56,349 nucleotides of DNA, taken from a bacterium (GTDB lineage: Bacteria; Patescibacteriota; Minisyncoccia; CAIUEV01). Positions 53,360 through 56,349 of the stretch are shown here, piece after piece (within the stretch, counting starts at the first letter, position 1; the number at the start of each line of letters is the position of its first letter). The notes below the pieces were generated by a model, which was not told the DNA's origin, made no database searches, and saw only the letters and a program-made list of their open reading frames with translations. The stretch lies in assembly GCA_021779915.1 (NCBI GenBank), contig JAJXZR010000001.1, positions 1 through 56,349 on the forward strand. The letters are read 5' to 3'. The position numbers and the translations under genes were made by a program.

Positions 53360-55621
53360 TAATTTTTTCCAAGCATTGTTTTTATAGCAATTTAAGATGT
53401 TCCTTCCATAATTCGGTTCTGTTTCTTTGCCTGGTCCATATCTATCCGCCAGCGACACAAGGTCGTTGTCGTTGCCGATCGGTTTTCCATTGCCATTTGT
53501 TCCTCTTTTTTTGAAATCAAGTAGGGCATAGGAAAGAGCAGCGGAAAGGTTGGGGTCTGAACGAAGCAATTCTCTTTTTTTAGTAAAATTTTCGCTCATT
53601 ATTATTTTTTTTAAATCCCCCTTTCCATCCCTCGCAACTTTATCAGAGAGCTCTTTAAAATGTTCTGGTGCATATTTTTCCATTTGTTTAAGAGCGTCCT
53701 TACTGTCATTCATACACATTTGACCGATTCCCGAACAGCCCGAACTACTCATCGCACCGGCGTCGAATTTTGATTCGTATTGAAAAAAACACATGGCAAA
53801 ATCAGTTGGAATATTTAAATCCTTTCCGTTTTCAGCAATTTCTTTGCGCACCCCTTCCAACATTCCTCTGATTTGTTCTCTCTCTTCCAGCGTGAGAATT
53901 CGATCAGTCGAAACACGATATTTTAAATCGGAAATATCATAATTATCAACAGCAGAAACACGTTCTGCCACCGTCGATCCGCTTGGGTTATTAGTTTCTT
54001 GGCTTGTTGTCTGGGTTACAGAAGAACTAGTTGGTTGAACATCCTCATTGATTTTATTCGTCGCTCCGATAGAAGTCGGGTCTTGCAAAGATTCCGGGGT
54101 TGGAGCGGAAGGGGCCTTAGGATTGTAAAGAGTTCCATTATTTGGTGCAGGCGGTTCAGGCAGAGTTGGCAATGTTGGAATGTTGGGAGCAAGATTTTCT
54201 GCTTCGCCATAAGCTTTCGTAACCTTGGAAGTAACTTCCGAGATAATCCCCGTTTCTTCACTACTTGAATTTTCTTTTTGAATAATTTGTTTAGCCATTT
54301 GGGCCATTTGGGAACTGAAAGCAAGGGTATCTTCAACTGTACCAGTTGCATCCTTTACAAGCCCCGTAGGCAAAATACCGGAGTTATAAGTCAAATCAGT
54401 CATTTCCCCCGTTGATTTTTGTTTCATTTCAACATCTTTTACGATTGTGCCAGCAAGTTCCTGTAAAGAATCGTCCGTATAACTTTTGTTTAGAACTGTG
54501 TCAGCAACGACCTGAGAGATTGATTCTGTAGCTTTTTGAGCCGTTTCCTGAGAAATATTGGGAGGAAAATTAAAAGTGATTGGATTATCCTTGTTTAAGG
54601 AATAATTATCTTTTTTAGCGTCGTAATTGAAATTGAAAGTAACGTAGGAAAGATCCGTTTTAATTTCATCGCTACTTAGAATGGGTTTGTTTTCAATATA
54701 GACCAAACCGTCTTTGGTGATTGTTTTAATAGCTTGATTTGGATTTTGGTAAATATTCTTTGGCCAAAGATTATTGAATTGAGAAGGTGTTTTTCCTTGC
54801 TCTCCCAAATAGACAGGGATTTCTGTGGTAGGAGAGTCAGAAACAAGCTCTGAAATTAATTGTTTGATATTTTTGGTAGTCTGGGAACTGTTAGAGCCTA
54901 TATAATTGTTTAGATTTACAAATTGAGAAACATTGATTGAACCGGAACCGAATGTATTTTTTGGTAAAACCGTATAAAGAATACTCTTTTTCTCGGAAGC
55001 TTGCTTGACTGCAGTAATAATTTGTTTTGCCGAGTCGTCAAGTGGTTGCCCTCCAAGGCCATGGAGAAAAAAGTATTTATTTTGAGGAATTTTATCTAAA
55101 ATTAGCGAGGAAAGATCCTCTAATCTTACAGGGTTATTTCTACCACCTATCCCATTCAAAAGTACTTCATTGGCATACTGAATTTGATCAGGATTTTGTT
55201 CTTCCGTTCTATTTTCTGCATTGCTAGAAATTATAGGCGGATTGCATTCAATTTTCCACCAAGATGTTTGATTATAGCCAAGTAGAGAATAAAGGGTGTG
55301 TATCAAAAGCCAAGCTAAAAGGCAAACAGAAAAGCCAATTAAACTGAATTTTAATCCTCTTTTTGCTATTTTTAAGTAGCCGGAGCGAAAAAAAGAGCTC
55401 AGATAAAACAATCCATAGACAATAATAAAAAACAAGGCTGTTGCAAACGAAACCGATAACAAAAAATAAAATGACTTTTCAAGGAGCATTATAAAATTGC
55501 AAAAATCACACCCCGTGCCGGTGCAATTAACCAACCCCGAGGGGTCTGAAGCACTGGAGAATAAAGGAAAAATAGAAAAAATAACCAATAAACTTATAAA
55601 TCCTTTTAATTTTCGCGCCAT
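53348..55621 (-). CDS. CPR pilin-domain fusion protein with C-terminal lytic transglycosylase (SLT-like) domain
   Basis: Signal peptide, GLVNCTGTGCDFC then two TMs and WWKIEC; Pro/Thr-rich linker; QYESKFD..A.S.SG.SGIGQM, DPNLS, RYGPG, YGRNI. Confidence 0.78.
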   Translation of the reverse strand: MARKLKGFISLLVIFSIFPLFSSASDPSGLVNCTGTGCDFCNFIMLLEKSFYFLLSVSFATALFFIIVYGLFYLSSFFRSGYLKIAKRGLKFSLIGFSVCLLAWLLIHTLYSLLGYNQTSWWKIECNPPIISSNAENRTEEQNPDQIQYANEVLLNGIGGRNNPVRLEDLSSLILDKIPQNKYFFLHGLGGQPLDDSAKQIITAVKQASEKKSILYTVLPKNTFGSGSINVSQFVNLNNYIGSNSSQTTKNIKQLISELVSDSPTTEIPVYLGEQGKTPSQFNNLWPKNIYQNPNQAIKTITKDGLVYIENKPILSSDEIKTDLSYVTFNFNYDAKKDNYSLNKDNPITFNFPPNISQETAQKATESISQVVADTVLNKSYTDDSLQELAGTIVKDVEMKQKSTGEMTDLTYNSGILPTGLVKDATGTVEDTLAFSSQMAQMAKQIIQKENSSSEETGIISEVTSKVTKAYGEAENLAPNIPTLPTLPEPPAPNNGTLYNPKAPSAPTPESLQDPTSIGATNKINEDVQPTSSSVTQTTSQETNNPSGSTVAERVSAVDNYDISDLKYRVSTDRILTLEEREQIRGMLEGVRKEIAENGKDLNIPTDFAMCFFQYESKFDAGAMSSSGCSGIGQMCMNDSKDALKQMEKYAPEHFKELSDKVARDGKGDLKKIIMSENFTKKRELLRSDPNLSAALSYALLDFKKRGTNGNGKPIGNDNDLVSLADRYGPGKETEPNYGRNILNCYKNNAWKKLLQW

Positions 55622-55638
55622 TTTCTTTTTTATGAATT

Positions 55639-56211
55639 TTAGTTTTTATTTTCCAGATCTTTAATCATATCATTTGCCATTTTGATAATTTTTTCCGCTG
55701 TTTCTTCGGGGGACAAATTAGTGCTGTCGATAACAAGATCGTAGTTATTTTCGTTGGTAAAATCAACTCCATAATATTTTTCATAACGCATCTTGTCGGT
55801 TTCCACTCTTTCCTGAAGCTTCTTTGCAAGTTCCTCTATTGAATCGGCCTTTTCCTCGTTTTTTCTTTCCTCCTTAGCAAGATCTTTAAAAATTCTTTTA
55901 GACGCCTCGCCTAGATCAACAGAAATATAAACTTTCAAGGCATCAGGAATAAAATAAAAAGCAGTTCGGCTTTCAATCACAAAATTGTCGCTATTCCTGC
56001 CTAAATCAGTGACATACTGATCGATCTCCTCGTCAATTGTCGAGTCCGTTTCAGCTTGTTTCATCAACTCAAGAATAGTAACACCCTTATTTTCAGCCAT
56101 TTTTCTGAGGATTCCCCCCATATAATAACGTTCATAACCCATTTTTTCACACACTATTTTTGCCACTGTACTTTTACCCGATCCAGGAAGACCGGAGATA
56201 GAAATGATCAT
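55639..56211 (-). CDS. cmk: Cytidylate kinase (archaeal-type short form)
   Basis: IISISGLPGSGKSTVAK, G.I.R.MA, ID.EID, VIESR, RY.KYYG, YDLVIDS. Confidence 0.9.
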   Translation of the reverse strand: MIISISGLPGSGKSTVAKIVCEKMGYERYYMGGILRKMAENKGVTILELMKQAETDSTIDEEIDQYVTDLGRNSDNFVIESRTAFYFIPDALKVYISVDLGEASKRIFKDLAKEERKNEEKADSIEELAKKLQERVETDKMRYEKYYGVDFTNENNYDLVIDSTNLSPEETAEKIIKMANDMIKDLENKN

Positions 56212-56349
56212 AAATTAATTTTTAATTTTCGGTACTGGTGTAGAAATCTTGACTTGTAACCAGCAGTTTGATTAGTGTTTTAGATATAATTCAGGTATAT
56301 TGTTTTTTAGAAAAAAAAGGTAACCCTTTTAATTAATAATATACCTGAT

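Noticed and set aside
1-56349. Alternative genetic code (TGA=Gly) as in Gracilibacteria; also the many short antisense ORFs in the track
   Set aside because: xseA, pyk and dnaG end at TGA at sensible positions and genes are full length in code 11; the short ORFs are shadows of recognised genes

Overview
A 56 kb AT-rich chromosomal segment in standard genetic code (TGA is used as a stop). It most likely comes from a Patescibacteria/CPR (Parcubacteria-like) bacterium. This is inferred from S5 running directly into L15 with no L30, CPR-type VirB2/TrbC-like pilin domains, archaeal-type Cmk, PGI/PMI and PdaD, and mostly SD-less starts. Most of the window is scrambled housekeeping genes: rnhB, priA, mreC, nfo, gpmI, gap, mreB, mutM, xseAB, pth, rplR-rpsE-rplO, miaB, corA, rpmE, ftsK, yraN, comM, pyk, secG, holB, tRNA-His, rpsT, dnaG, murC and cmk. 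Two things stand out. (1) Two ~760-aa proteins share an N-terminal CPR pilin module but end in different predicted peptidoglycan-active domains, one YkuD/L,D-peptidase-like and one lytic transglycosylase. They are a candidate modular pilus-linked cell-wall-attack system, and a 960-aa Cys-rich surface protein is also present. (2) Many intergenic spaces, and one CDS, carry at least six families of non-autonomous palindromic repeats. These nest inside each other, show compensatory base changes, and overlap start and stop codons. One family has 44-47-bp inverted arms that differ between copies yet stay self-complementary around a conserved GCGAAGC-containing core. No transposase, integrase or CRISPR array was seen. 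All protein calls come from motif recognition by eye; no searches were run.
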